Shown here one piece after another: positions 1-12,931 of a stretch of DNA of 64,000 nt. Position 1 is the first letter of the stretch, and each line of letters begins with the position of its first letter. The stretch lies in assembly GCF_008831285.2 (NCBI RefSeq), contig NC_045138.2, positions 28,830,001-28,894,000 of the forward strand. Direction: 5' to 3'. This DNA comes from Nymphaea colorata. Taxonomy: Eukaryota. Under the pieces are notes generated by a model. The model ran no database searches and had not been told where the DNA came from. It was given only the letters and a program-made list of their open reading frames with translations. A program made the translations under genes and the position numbers.

Positions 1-28
1 GGCAGTTCTTAAGAGATTAAGGCGCCCC

Positions 29-114
29 TTCTTATAAAGTTAATAGCTATTTTGAGATCTAGGTGGTCTTATTCTTATAAAGTTAATAGCTATTTTGAGA
101 TCTAGGTGGTCTTA
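29..114. repeat. 43-bp perfect tandem duplication
   Basis: TTCTTATAAAGTTAATAGCTATTTTGAGATCTAGGTGGTCTTA occurs at 29-71 and again at 72-114. Confidence 0.9.
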
Positions 115-1478
115 TGATACACTCTTTAACTTGAGCGTCGCTTATGTCCCTATTTACGGTACAAATAAATAGCACACAAAAGAATCGAATGAAATATGTG
201 TCATGGGCGCAGCACTTTGGCCAACCACCTATGCTACACCCTTAGCAGCAAATGAAAATAAAATATTGAATCAATGTCATAAGTAACAAATAAAACCCCT
301 ATATCTGCCCGATACGATGTCTGGCTTAAGTACCCAATATAAAGACGCCCCTTGTCAATTTCATTTGTTTAAAGCTTACTTTTATTTATTTTGGATATTT
401 TTTGTTCCGAAAACCTGCTCCACTTTTATCTGTACTGTTTTTTTACTGCAGGCCTAACTTTTATAGAAAAATAGTTATCGCATTAAAGTTAGTTGGATCT
501 GAAACATGTGAAAGTTTTTATGTTCCTTTATATTGACACTTCAATGGTAAGCAAATAAATAAGTATAAAACTTTTTTTGTATATTGTCCTTCATTTTCCT
601 AATAATTCCAAAAACCTGAACCACCTTTTATTTAATCTCCTCTACTACAGCACCAACAGCAGCTGATGACTGCCAATGCTCGTATTAAAGCCGGTGGTTC
701 TGAAATACATGAAGGTGTGCACGCTTCTTTGTGTTGGCATTTCAAGGTGGACGATACACATTTGCTCCAATCTAATAGTCGAAATATTTGTAAAAATCGA
801 CACTTAGATTGTGAAATTGGAGTTGGATTTAGGTGTGACTTTTCTTCGTTTATATTCAAATATAAACATGTGAATATCCGAAAAAACATATATGATCAAT
901 AGTATATCATGTATATCATATCAGTATGTTATGACCCCTAACAAGGGACTATATATTGTCTTATAAGAGTTATCAAAATAGCCCTTAAATATTCACAAAC
1001 ACGAGGCTCCTATCAAACATTATGAGCTCGCTTATTAATTCTATTGCCTAAATGGGTTCCCAATTGGACAAACACAATAACTATTCATCTAGCGGCAGGC
1101 TAACGCAAATCGCAAGCGACGGCAATTCTCCAATACAGGCATCGTATTGTCATTTCCGAGACTTTCAGGGGCTTATTACAAAAGTTTTGATTGGATGGTT
1201 GGAAACTGCAATACGTGGGGCCCATTCTCGTGAATTCCTTGCAATGGGATCATCGGTGGGGCCCTTTCTATGCACATGAATCCATTACAACGTGTTTGAC
1301 TAAACCACGGAATCAAGCGTTCGGATAATAAATGCGGTAGAGCTAACTACCAAATAGCAAATAAATCCCTATTGAAAGATGCTTCACGTTTACTTAAATT
1401 AGTACAGCACTTTTCATCAATGGCCATCTTCCCTTTTTCTGCTTGAGCATCATTTGTAAAGTAGGTTGGTTGGTTTCC

Positions 1479-1482
<4 letters not shown>

Positions 1483-1515
<33 letters not shown>

Positions 1516-1540
1516 TTATTTATTTATTTATTTATTTATT
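1483..1540. repeat. Compound microsatellite (TA)n-(TTTA)n
   Basis: Directly visible. Other (TA)n runs lie at about 12900-12926, 14655-14693, 21679-21719 and 33214-33260. Confidence 0.9.
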
Positions 1541-2903
1541 TTTTGTTTGTAATTCGAATTTAAACCCTAATAACGAGGGTGTTTGGATGACAGCCTCATT
1601 AATCCAATTCGCGAAAACTTTATTTTATGAAAACCAAGTTTTTTAACGAGTTCCTAGCGCTTAGTTTGTTTATTTGGGGGACACACCCAAAACCTGATTT
1701 TTTTTTTTTTCAATAACTTAAGTGCGCTCACTTTCATAATAAGACTAAGGGCGCGGCTGGATACACCTTCAAACCAACATTTAAGAAGTAAAACAATGTT
1801 TTGCTTCTCAAACACCTTATGAATACGCAATATATAAATTGAACCATGCACCATTGTCATCATTTGAGGCAAGGGGAATGGAGGTACCTTTGGTGGATTG
1901 TTAACTTGTTGCTTTTATCACAAACAAGCACAGGAAAGTGGGACGTTATTTATAAAGGCATGACATATGCACTTCATTTATCTAGCTTATTCATGCGTAA
2001 AAAATAAACTTGTAATCCAAAGTCACCCTCATTCTATGTGCTTGTTTTAAACTCACGTTTGAGTTTGCCCAGACAAAGCTATATAAACCAAGTCGTCTAG
2101 ATGTTAGGCAGCTATGAGTAAAAGCATTTGAGTGCTCGTTCATAAGAACAATCAGAGTTCGATAAGAAAAATACCACCATGATTGGTGCGACAAAAATAA
2201 AGTGTCAGCGGTGTTTCATTTATTATTTTATAACGCTTATAATGCTTCAATAAACTGGGTTTTACCAATGTTTGATCGTTTCATCGGCGAGTAAAGCAGT
2301 GGCGGTGCCAAATGTCTCGCACCTATTTCTATAATGTGACTATAATTTATCTTCAGGCTAATAAAGATGTTATATTTTCATAAAAATATTTAAATTTAAG
2401 GTTGTATCAGGCAACAATTGATATATATTTTTTTTCCATAAAATCAGAATTTGAGCAAAAATGTCACTACTTTTTAATGTATGTATCTGATTTTATTTAA
2501 GTTGGCATCATAGCAACGATTTATGGTGCGGCGACAGTTTATAATGGCTTTAGTGACAGATTATGATCCTTGTAGCGACTAATTTTAAAAATTTAGCTAC
2601 AACTTTTCATCTGCATGCAACCTATGGAGGATAGATAACAAACCAAGTTTGTTTGTGTTATTATAATTTACTCGAGAGGAATCACTAGTTTGATAAAGTT
2701 TTGAATAATAAATCTGAAGAGGTGCTTTTATCATGCAGTTGATAAACGTTAGAGGTTTATAGTTATTTTATGATCTTAGTCTCGAGGTTTCATTAAATAA
2801 TAACTTACGAGGAACATGCTTGTAAGGTTTTTTTTTTTTTTTGTTGGTTTAACCAAAGCGGTTGTTTTAACCAAGCAGATTGGTACACTCATTTTGTATT
2901 TAA

Positions 2904-3325
2904 GGGTGCGTTTGATGCACAAGGGAAGAAATTAACGTGGTAATTTTTTCTAGCAAATTTTTATGGAAAAAAAAAACATGATGAAATTTAACCAGCAGAG
3001 AAGGGGGGAAAGATCACCAGTAGAGAAGCAGACGGTGGGAAGGCGACAGAGCGAGGAGGAGCTGCGGGACCTGTTCGAGCGATGTTCGAGCAAGGAAGAG
3101 ATGCGGGCGAGGGCGATAGGATGAAATGAAAAGTGTCGGGGGGGGGGGAGGGTGTCGAGCACGGGGGTAGGGCGTCGAGCGGGTGGAATTCCACCCGCTC
3201 CAGTTATACATTAAACATGGTGAATTTCACTTCGTTTGATGCAATTTTTGTTGGACGGGTCAATTTTCACTCGCCCGTACGAATTTCTGAAAAATCGGAA
3301 TTGACCCGGTGCATCAAACGCACCC
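2904..3325. mobile_element. PIF/Harbinger (Tourist-like) MITE, about 420 bp
   Basis: Perfect 17-bp TIRs GGGTGCGTTTGATGCAC (2904-2920) and GTGCATCAAACGCACCC (3309-3325). TTAA on both flanks is compatible with a TWA target site. No coding capacity. Confidence 0.85.
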
Positions 3326-3899
3326 TTAAATCCCACCTTTTAGCAATATTCTCCAAAGCCTCATGATTTTTTTTTTCATTTTATAAGAATAATTTTTACC
3401 AAGGATACTTCGGTGTTATGAAACTAGGGCTTATGTCCTTTCAAATTTATCATAAAATCCCATAACAAATAATTGGCTTCGAATTTTTTGCTCATATAAG
3501 GTATCAAGATAAAGTCCGGACTTGAAATTTACAATTTTTTTTGCCCAACCTTTCAAGTTTCATTTTTTTTTCCTCTTCAAACACAAACAAAGAAGGAAAG
3601 TATTTATTATATTAATTAGTATGTAATGAGTGTGACTGGAGTATGTTTTCCATGTTATGCAGGAAGGACATGAACCAACAGTTTATTAAAGGAACACTCT
3701 GATAATTTATAATGTTTTTCTCTTGTAGAGAAGACCAGAGGTGATCAAATTTTGATAATTTTTAATTCACAATATAGCCTACTCGGGTGTGTCTGACGGC
3801 TGTGTAAATCAGGCAACTTAAGGCAAAAGCTCATGCGGAATATTTGAAATGGGATCGTATTTGGAATTATTGATAAATCATAGGGCCTTAAAAATAATT

Positions 3900-4423
3900 C
3901 GTATAAATAAACGTGCGCGCCATTTTTAGGGGTTCCGCGGAAGGAAAATGACGGTGGCGCTCTGGGGGAGAGAGAGAGAAGGAGGGAGTCGTGGAACGAC
4001 GTCTGTTTGCTTTTGGTTGAGACCAAGGGGACCATAAGGCGGGTGTTTTTGCCGCAGCCTTCTTTCCCTCTTCTTCCTCGCGCGAAGGAGAAGACGTCTG
4101 GCTGCTGCCCGCAAGGAGAAGCGCTGGCTGCATTTGCCTACCGTTGCTGCTAACCGCTGGCTGCATTTTCCTGCTCACCCTCCCTGCATTTTACTACAAT
4201 TGCTGCTCACAGCTGAGGAGAAGCACACGCCTGCTTACTCGTGCGAAGGTACTCCCTCTCCCTTCTCTTCCTCTCTCGATGTACACAGGGGCTGCTCTGG
4301 CAGACCCTTTGTTCTTCGGGTTTTTTGCTCTCCATCTCTCTCTCTCTCTCCATCCCTGCGCCCCTCTTTCTCCGTCGAAGCACACCGGAGATCCTCCCGA
4401 CGGAATGTGCGACGGCCATGACC
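3900..4423 (+). promoter_or_regulatory. CpG-rich promoter / first exon of the downstream hAT-SHH1 locus
   Basis: GC/CpG-rich island with GA and CT tracts typical of plant 5' leaders. It ends in a donor ACC|GTATGT at 4423/4424 and is followed by T-rich intron-like sequence with a telo-box-like TAGGGTTT (about 4562). No other candidate promoter lies before 7682 or 11201. Confidence 0.55.
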
Positions 4424-6559
4424 GTATGTTTTGGCGCTTGTTTTATCTGATTCCTTTTCAGCTTCTTGTTCTGGTCGATTTTGGATGCGTTTCTTTTTTG
4501 TTATCTTTGGCTTGCCCCCTGTTGTCTTTCTAGGGCTTTTGTTTTTGAAAGCGGATTAGTGTAGGGTTTTTTATTAATTTTTAGTGGTTATTGACTGCGA
4601 TTATGGACGTGGCGAGGATGGCGATGGCTGTTCTGGAATTTAATGTAAAATTTTGCGTGTTGGACTTCAACATGGTTTCATGGTGGCGTTTGGTCATAGT
4701 TTGGTTTTTGGTTGGCGTCCCCAGCATGGCTGCCTGGAAGACGTTGATCTAGTAATGAAAGCCAGTGTTTGATGAAGGTTGACCTCTGTTGCTTGCCATC
4801 TCGTTGCTGAAGTTTTGCTTCTCTTTGAATTATTTGATTTTGCGCAGTACTTAAGTTTGGTTTCATTTGTTGCATGGGTAGCTTGAAATGTTGCATAACT
4901 AATATGCAATTGTGGTTCCTTTGCCTGTTTCAACTGCTGTTTGTTCGTTTGTCCAAATAACAAACGACTTGTCAATATGAGGTTTTATTCTGAAGGGACT
5001 TTCTGTTTTTTAATGGTTGCTCTGGTGTTAGCAATTTTAGTATTTGACTGCGCTAGACCTGCTTAATTCTTCCATATTAGCGAATATTAGTAAAGTCATT
5101 AGACGTTAGTATTGCTTATTGGCGCAATTTGAGTCGACAATGAAGGAAGGTGGCTCATTTATTACTCATCGACTAACCGTGATTGCAGTAAATGAAAAAT
5201 TAAGCTGCTCAACACCTTTTTATGTCATTGTGTGTATGTCGGAGTTAAGGGTTGTTGTTCGGAGTGGCACCAGCCACTTGAAAAACAACGTCATCTTATT
5301 CATTAATCTCTGGGACTCTGGGCTATTTTGAAAATTTCTGTAATGTCTGAGAGCCGCTTGTATTATGAATGCAAGGCAATCATTGAACCAGCAACAGCAA
5401 TACCAACAAGAAATAGCCAGACTTTTGCCCTTCTAGTGTTTATTGATCTTGTAAGTACCATGTCCACAACATGTTGGCTACGTATCAGGCACACATTTTT
5501 TATTTTCTAGAACGTTAAATAAACACTTTATGCAGTTAATATGTAGTGGAGATCTTGGATTGTTAGTATGCAGTTAATATATTCCGCCTTTTTTGTTTCC
5601 TCTTTCTTCTGTTCATTCAATTTTATTTTTTTGCTTTAACTAGCAGAACTTACTTTTTCTATTTTTAGTTGTTGATCTTGGTCATTTTTCTATTTCCCAT
5701 GATTGATAATAATGAAATGAGCTGAGGATGGGTGTTATGTATCTTTATTTTGTTTATTGGGCTTTGATGGGTCTTGTTTTTGCAGGGGTTTTTCTGTTTA
5801 ACTTCTCGTTGAACTGAACATTTATACGATGATTATACTTATTGCATTGAATGATTACCAAATTGAACAAAGCTTTGGGTCATAATGACCACTACAATAT
5901 AATCCTGCATTTGGCCGAGGATTATTTTGACTTCTTCTTCTTCTTCTTCTTATTCTTCTTGTTGGATTAAAATGAATACTGTTTTCTGGATTTGGTCCAT
6001 GATTTTCTGCTTCGCTTCTCCTTAAATTGAGTGTGATTGTGATGATTATGGCGAAGAACTACTAATAAAAATGAGTACGATCTTGGTCAGAAGGGCCATT
6101 ATAACATGATGTTGAATTTGGTCATGATTTTCTATTTATCTTCTTCTTGAATTGAAGGTTTCTATTTTGAGTTCGTTGGCATGTTGTGACCAAAATGAAA
6201 ATTTTTGCTAGTTTAACCTGATTATCAATGTGGCCTTGATTATATTCATGTTGAAAATGGCGGACAGCAGCACAGCAATGTGAGAGGATGGCCTGATAAG
6301 GGTTTACCGCAGCTGCTTTTTCTTTTTGTTGGATTTTTTAATTGCTTTGTGGAGTTGTGGGTTTATGCAAGAAGGGTGCAGTAATGAATTTCAAAGGAAT
6401 CCAACAGTAACTTGTTTTTAGTCCCCAGTATTCTAACTCTCTTTTCAATGTTTTAACTTTTCATTAAACAGGTCATTATTAATTTTGGAATAAAAATTCT
6501 AGGCTATCAGCCACAACTTGTCAATCCTTTCTCTAGGTAGATGGGTGCATCCGAACAGC

Positions 6560-7170
6560 CAATAAAGGAGGCACACTTGATATGGTGTCATTTTTATATG
6601 GAAATTGGGCAAGTTGTTTAACTTCAACCTCAAAGGCATTATTCCCCTTAATCCCCCATGCTTCTGGTGTCTAACCATTACAGGAGAATACCTTGGGGTG
6701 CTCTTGGTGCTCAAGGCCCTCAAAATGGCAAGCTATTGACATATTACCATGCTTTTGCCTCAAAATTTAGTCTCTCTTTTCCATCATTAGCAGCTTTTAC
6801 TGAGGCAGATAGCCATTTTCTTAGCTTACTAATTCATTAATTCCTATGAGTACATAAAAAGTCCCCATAGGGTGATTTTGGTTTGTAAAGTAGCCCTTTA
6901 AACTGGAAGCTTCCTCACACTTTCTATATGATTTGTATGGCACTTATGTCCAAGAGTATGATCAGTTGGAAAGTACAACTTCCTAGCTTGTCCTTCAACA
7001 AACATTTGAAAAACGGAATAAGCTGTGATGCTGCTATGTGGAGGATAATGCAATCTCCTAAATTTTTTGGATAAGTTGGTATGACCAAATTGCCCATTGT
7101 ATTATTGGAAATAGGCTTATTTTCTCTATCAGTTGGTATACACAAGCAATTGTCTTGCTATATTGGGAAG
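6560..7170 (+). mobile_element. Possible decayed LINE (non-LTR) RT C-terminal fragment
   Basis: GEYLGVLL at about 6683 resembles the LINE 'KYLGVPL' motif, and MWRIMQSP at about 7035 resembles 'WRLL..P'. The frame is broken by stops. Confidence 0.3.
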
Positions 7171-7681
7171 GATGGTTCCTTAAAGTGAGGCATGTCTGTG
7201 CTTATGAGGGTCAATAAATGCAATAACTAGACCCGTTGATGCCTATTATTAGACAAGCCCTCGCCTCCTCTCTTTGGGTGGAGGTTGCCGGCTCCCTCCC
7301 TCTCACTCCTCTCTTTGTTAGCTGGCAATCTTTCGCTTCTCTCTAAACTCTCTCTCTTTGCCTTGGTCAGTGACCCATCCTCTCTCTCTCTCTATGTAAT
7401 TTATTTGTTTTGTTTGATGTACAATTTGAAAACTTGCTTGTGTTAATTGAATACATAGATTGTTGAGTTTGTGGGTGTCAAAGACAAATAATTTAGCAAA
7501 TTGATAGCTTCCAAGGTTAGGGTTAGGATGCTTGGTTTACATGTCGTTTGATGGTACTTTCTTATAATGATTGTTGGTCTTTTCTTCTCTTATGATTGAG
7601 TATATATATATAAAGTGATTTATTAGATTCTTACTTACATATATATTGTGCGCAGTTGATTGTTCAAGTTTGAGAAAAAAA

Positions 7682-10231
7682 ATGCCACGAACAGATCCAG
7701 CTTGGAAACATTGTGTTGAAGAAGATCCTGATGATAAAGAGAAAAGAGGAAATTTGAGATGCAATTATTGCAAAGATATCTTCAGAGGTGGTGTAGCAAG
7801 AATGAAGGAACATCTGGCTGGAACTCGTAAAGGTGCTAGACCATGTAATGATGCACCACAAGAAGTAGTGCAATTTTTCGTGAAATATCTGCAGTCAAAG
7901 AAAAGTGGAAAAGAACAAAAAAAAGCCAATCTTGAATTTGCTAAAAATGAAGGTCTTAGCAAAGGACTAGCAGGTGCTAATTTTACTTTTCCTTCTACTA
8001 GTGAAGTTGGAAGTTCAAAAACTAGAGGGCCTATGGATCAACTTGTAAATTCAGAAGCTCGACAAGCAACAACTGATAGTGCCTTAAAAGAAGAAGAAAG
8101 AAAAAAAGTTTGTTTTGCCATAGGAAGATTCCTTTTTGCACACGGCTTGCCGTTAAGCTTGTGTAATAGTTTGTATTTTGAGTATATGTGTGAAGCGATT
8201 GCAAATTATGGTTCAGGATTTGAGCAGCCAAGTTATCATGAGATGCGAACATGGATTCTAAAGGAAGAAATTGATAGAACCCAAATCATGTTAGAGGACA
8301 AGAAGAAAACATGGTCGAAGACCGGTTGTTCCATAATGGTAGATGGTTGGACTGATGACAAGAGCAAAAACTTGACTAACTTTCTTGTGGACAATCCTTC
8401 AGGTACATTTTTTTTAAAGTCTTGTGCTATTAGTGGGGAAAAGAGGACAACTGATGATTTGGTAAAATTATTCATGGAAGTAATTAAGGAAGTTGGGGAG
8501 CATAATGTAGTTCAAGTGATTACAGATAATGATGTCAGTTACAAAGCTGCATGTTTAAAGTTAAAAGATATTGAAGGTTTTCAACATATTTTTTGGACAC
8601 CTTGTGCTGCACGTTGTTTAGATTTGATGCTTGAAGATATTAGCCAGACACGTTTGCATAAGCAAGTGTTAAAGAAAGCAAAAGCTATAACTACATTTAT
8701 TTATGGATATGCATGGACTTTAAATTTGATGAGAAAATACACAGACGGTAAAGAGCTTTTACGGCCTGCTGTTACTCGCTTTGCAAGTTCTTATCTTACT
8801 CTGCAAAGAATTGGCATGAATGAAAGAGCGTTAAGGAATATGTTTCTATCTCGAGAGTTTCAAGATAGCGACTATTATGTTAAAAATCGAAAAGGTAAAA
8901 GGGTAACACGTATTGTTACTGAAGACAGATGGTTCTGGAAAGCAATTGCTCATATCATGAAAATTACATTACCTATAGTGAAGGTTTTGAGAATAGTTGA
9001 TTCAGATGACAAACCAGTTATGGGTTTTTTATACGATCACATGAGAAAGGCAAAAGAAGAAATAGCTTCCAATGTAAACAATGAAAGCAAAGCCTATACT
9101 CAAATTTGGGAAATCATTGATAATCGATGGGATAGTCAAATGCATCATTGTCTACATGCTGCAGGGTACTTTTTAAACCCCCATTTTCATTATGAAGATG
9201 ATTCTATAAAGGATAGAAAATTGAAGGTTGGGTTTTTAGAATGCTTAGAAAAAATGGTGCCTAATATGGAAGAACGATGCAATATTATGGTTCAACTTGA
9301 TGCATATGAAAATGCAGTTGGCTTGTTTGGTAGACCTATAGCAATTGGAACAAGAAAAAGATTGCATCCCGGTACACTTTTTTTTTTATTGTCTTGATTT
9401 ATATTATACTTGAATCATTGTTTTCTTGTTGTATATATATTTTTTATTTTCTTTTGGCAGCTTATTGGTGGAATACATTTGGTGACGAAACAAAAGAATT
9501 GAAGAATTTTGCAATGCGAATTCTCAATCTTACTTGTAGTGCATCAGGATGTGAACGTAATTGGAGCACATTTTCTATGGTAAATAAAAATACTTTAAGA
9601 TCATTGTTCATAATTCATATAATTATTATATATTATTTAGGACTTATAGAGATGTAAAATTATATGATAGGTACACACAAAAAAGAGAAATCGCCTTGAG
9701 CAGGAAAGGCTTAATGCTTTGGTGTTTGTAATGTACAACTTGAAGTTGAAGGAAAGAGATACAAGAAGGAAAAGTATGGGTGACCCTTTGTGCCTTGACA
9801 ATATTGATTCAGATGATGAATGGATTGTAGAAAAAGAAGATCCTGTTTTCCCACCTTCTTCATTAGAAGATTCTTGGTTGGATTTAACTTTCAATGTAGA
9901 TGATATAAATATTGCTCCTTTTGGAGTTTCACCAAGGTCCACACAAAAGCGTAAAAGGGATTCATCTTCTAAAAAGATGCAAGTTGACAAAGGTATCTAT
10001 CTGTAATTATTGAAATCGCCTATGTAAAATTCTTTTTGTTCTTTACTAGACGAATTAATTATGTAAATGTTTTTGAATGAAGGTAAAAGAAAACAAGGAG
10101 ATTCAGAAAATGAGAATGTTGATGATGAAAAAATTGGAGAGGAAGATGAATCTATCAAGTATATGGATGATTCAAATGAAGATGAATTGTCCACTTCTGA
10201 TGAACACAACATTGATGAGCACATAATTTGA
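7682..10231 (+). CDS. hAT-superfamily transposase (BED zinc finger + DUF659 + hAT dimerisation domain), 4 exons, 759 aa, probably domesticated
   Basis: Exons 7682-9371, 9461-9579, 9671-9992 and 10083-10231, all GT-AG; 2280 nt, open throughout. Motifs: BED finger AWKH..CNYC..HLAG..C; catalytic MVDGW, VITDN and SGCERNW; WTPCAARC (usual CAAHC); YWW..G..ELKNFAMRIL; HTKKRNRL; acidic tail. Confidence 0.92.
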
Positions 10232-11200
10232 ACCATTGCCTTGTGGAGATATTTAAACTTTGTTAAAAACTTACTGTTATCTGCATTGAAGAATTGATTT
10301 CTTGTAAATTTTGTAATATGCAGTGTTATTTTTACTTTCACTTTTCTCTACTCATTCTCAAATTGAATAGAATTGTGTTTTTATTTCTGATGTGTTGCAT
10401 ATGTTTTTTTTAAATTATCTAATTATTAGATGCTTGTTAAGGTGGCTATTTTATGTTTCTTATATTGGTGTTTGCTTGTGTACTAGTCACCTCAGTTATT
10501 CTTTTCCAAATTTTTCATTTATATTTTGCTCATTTGTCTTGAAGCTTAAGCATCAAAGCTTATGCCTTGCTCATAATAGGCTCAAGGCCTTGCATTGCCT
10601 CAATGCTTTTATCTGATGTCATTCATTCCATGGTCTGATAGTGGCCGGTGCCTCATGATAGGTGATACATTTCACGACACAGCTTTGTATCAGCTCATAA
10701 CTTATGCCTCACTAATGTTGTGGTTATTGCTACTTACCTGTCTAAAGTCGTATCATCCTCATTAATATCTCATAGAACTCTTGATTAATAAATTTAATGT
10801 GCAATCTTGTTCTGTGGATTATCTGGTAGGGTTTGCACGACCATGCTGGGAGTCATGTTCATGCACAGACTAGCATTCCCCATGTTTGACTGCATTAATG
10901 GTAGCATAGAATTGTGGGTTTTTTCCTACATCTCTGATTTTAATTTGTGTCTCGATCATGATATCAGTTTTGTAGAAAAGGCAACTGAAAAAAGAATTAT
11001 TTGGCGATTAACCTGCCATGCAATCTGCTGGAAACCTCCTTTTATGACTTGGGATACTGACAATCAGCATAATAACTTTGTTACCTGAGGGAGCAAAATT
11101 TGCAGCTGCAAGCATAAGTTTCTCAGTGAGAAAGGATCTATTCTATCACAAATACTATAGTACATAGTATATAACTTCGCTCTTAAAATATATTTATCAG

Positions 11201-12896
11201 ATTGAGCAAATGGAAAAATTGTCTGATGATGCCAAAAGGAGATCCTTGGATCACAAGCCCGATCAGTCACTGGCAGAGAAGTTCAAGTAAGCTCTGTCTC
11301 AATTTACACATCTTAGATTATCTTGCGTCATGTTCAAATACTTTCTGGTTTCTAGGCCATTGGGCCTCTCCATTTTTCTATGTCATTCATTTGGCATCAT
11401 GTTGGCAGTCTTGCATCAGATCGTTCTGGAAAGGCAGCTATACAACGGAAACAGGTCCATACTCCATTGCTAACTTGGCCTGGGAGTTATAGTTATTTTT
11501 ATGACATTCCAACTTGATACCATCCTTTTTTGTTATTGAAACTTCATTCATATGGTGCAAAATTCGTTTGAATGTAAGCCACATGCCAGCAAAGCAAAGG
11601 ATGCTTCTTTTGCATTGAATGAAGAGAACTCCATTCCTCACACCTGCCAGGAGGGCAATGTGGCAACTTCAGCAATTGTGCCATTAGGTGTGTATACTTG
11701 CTAATTTTATGATAATGCTCAGCTATTTCAGCTAGCTCTTACCGTGGATTGGTATACGTATGGTTGTCATGGTATTAAAAAAATTTAGTACAATGTTTTA
11801 TCATTTGAATTAAGGAAATGAATGTGCAAATGTGTGCTTAAAGGTGTAGAAGTGATCTTTCTGCATATTTGACTCTCATATACTTTTTATAGCATTTTTC
11901 TTGATTTTTATGTGAAAACTGCTAATCAGTTTGGTACAAGTTCTTGTATCTAAAGATTTGCAAAAGATATTCCTGGAAATAGAAGCTGCAAAGCACGTAT
12001 TTTTCTCTTTGGCAAACATTCACTAATGGGTTCATGTATTACGATGTCCAAGTAAGGTTGTTTAGTTGTCTAAGTAGCTTTTTGAAGACCAATAGTATCA
12101 AAGCTAGTGATGCTTATTCACTGGTCACAGCATGGTTGTAGAAGCTTGTTGTAGCTACATTCCATTTTCTTTTATTTCTGTGTTATGTATTTGTATTGTA
12201 AGGAAGGATATGGTATAAGTATTTGTTCTATGTTATATCTAGCTTCTTGCATTTTTTTACTGGGCAAGAGAATATTGCATTTCTGGCAGTGTCATAGATG
12301 AGCTAGACCTGATTCCTGTTGTGTGGAGCTGATGCGTATACAAGCCATTTTCAACTTTACTTCTCCTTGCAAACTATGCTTTCTCTTGGTGCTTATTTTC
12401 TACAGTTATACATGTTCTGGGTGTAAATGTGGGTCTCATGGTTCTTTGATTAAGATAAAAGATTGTACAATGAAATTTTTTTTTAAATTTGCTGTGATTA
12501 ATATGTGCTTGCTGTACCGTCTGAACCTTTTTGGTTCTGTTTGTGCATGATGAGTAGCACTTATCTCTTCATACTGCTTTTACTAGGTGACAAAATTCCA
12601 GATCTCTCTGAGTTGGAGTTTGAGGCTAGGTCTGCAAAAGATGGGGCATGGTAAGTAGCCAGATGGCTTGGATCCTCTCCTCTTTCCTTGTCTTTTGATG
12701 CTGCAGGCATAATTTATGTGGGATCAAGAAGTATAGCATCTTACTCCATTCTAGTGTATCATGATCACTGTATTCTTCACGCTTTCTAGATTCTATGTCA
12801 CATGGGTGCAGGTACAGTAAGGGTTTGGGCGTGGACCATGGTGGTACTGGTTCAGACAAGCCATTTTTGGAAATTGTGATTAATGGGGGTATGGCA

Positions 12897-12931
<35 letters not shown>

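Noticed and set aside
3655..3745. Acceptor-like site followed by EGHEPTVY*, faintly like the SAWADEE exon EGKEQALY
   Set aside because: Too short, has an immediate stop, and no other matching exons lie nearby.
7515..7528. GGTTAGGGTTAGG telomere-like motif
   Set aside because: Only two units, which is expected by chance.
7165..10620. TIRs/TSD for the hAT transposase element
   Set aside because: The candidate ends near 7170 and 10615 do not form a convincing inverted pair and share no 8-bp duplication.
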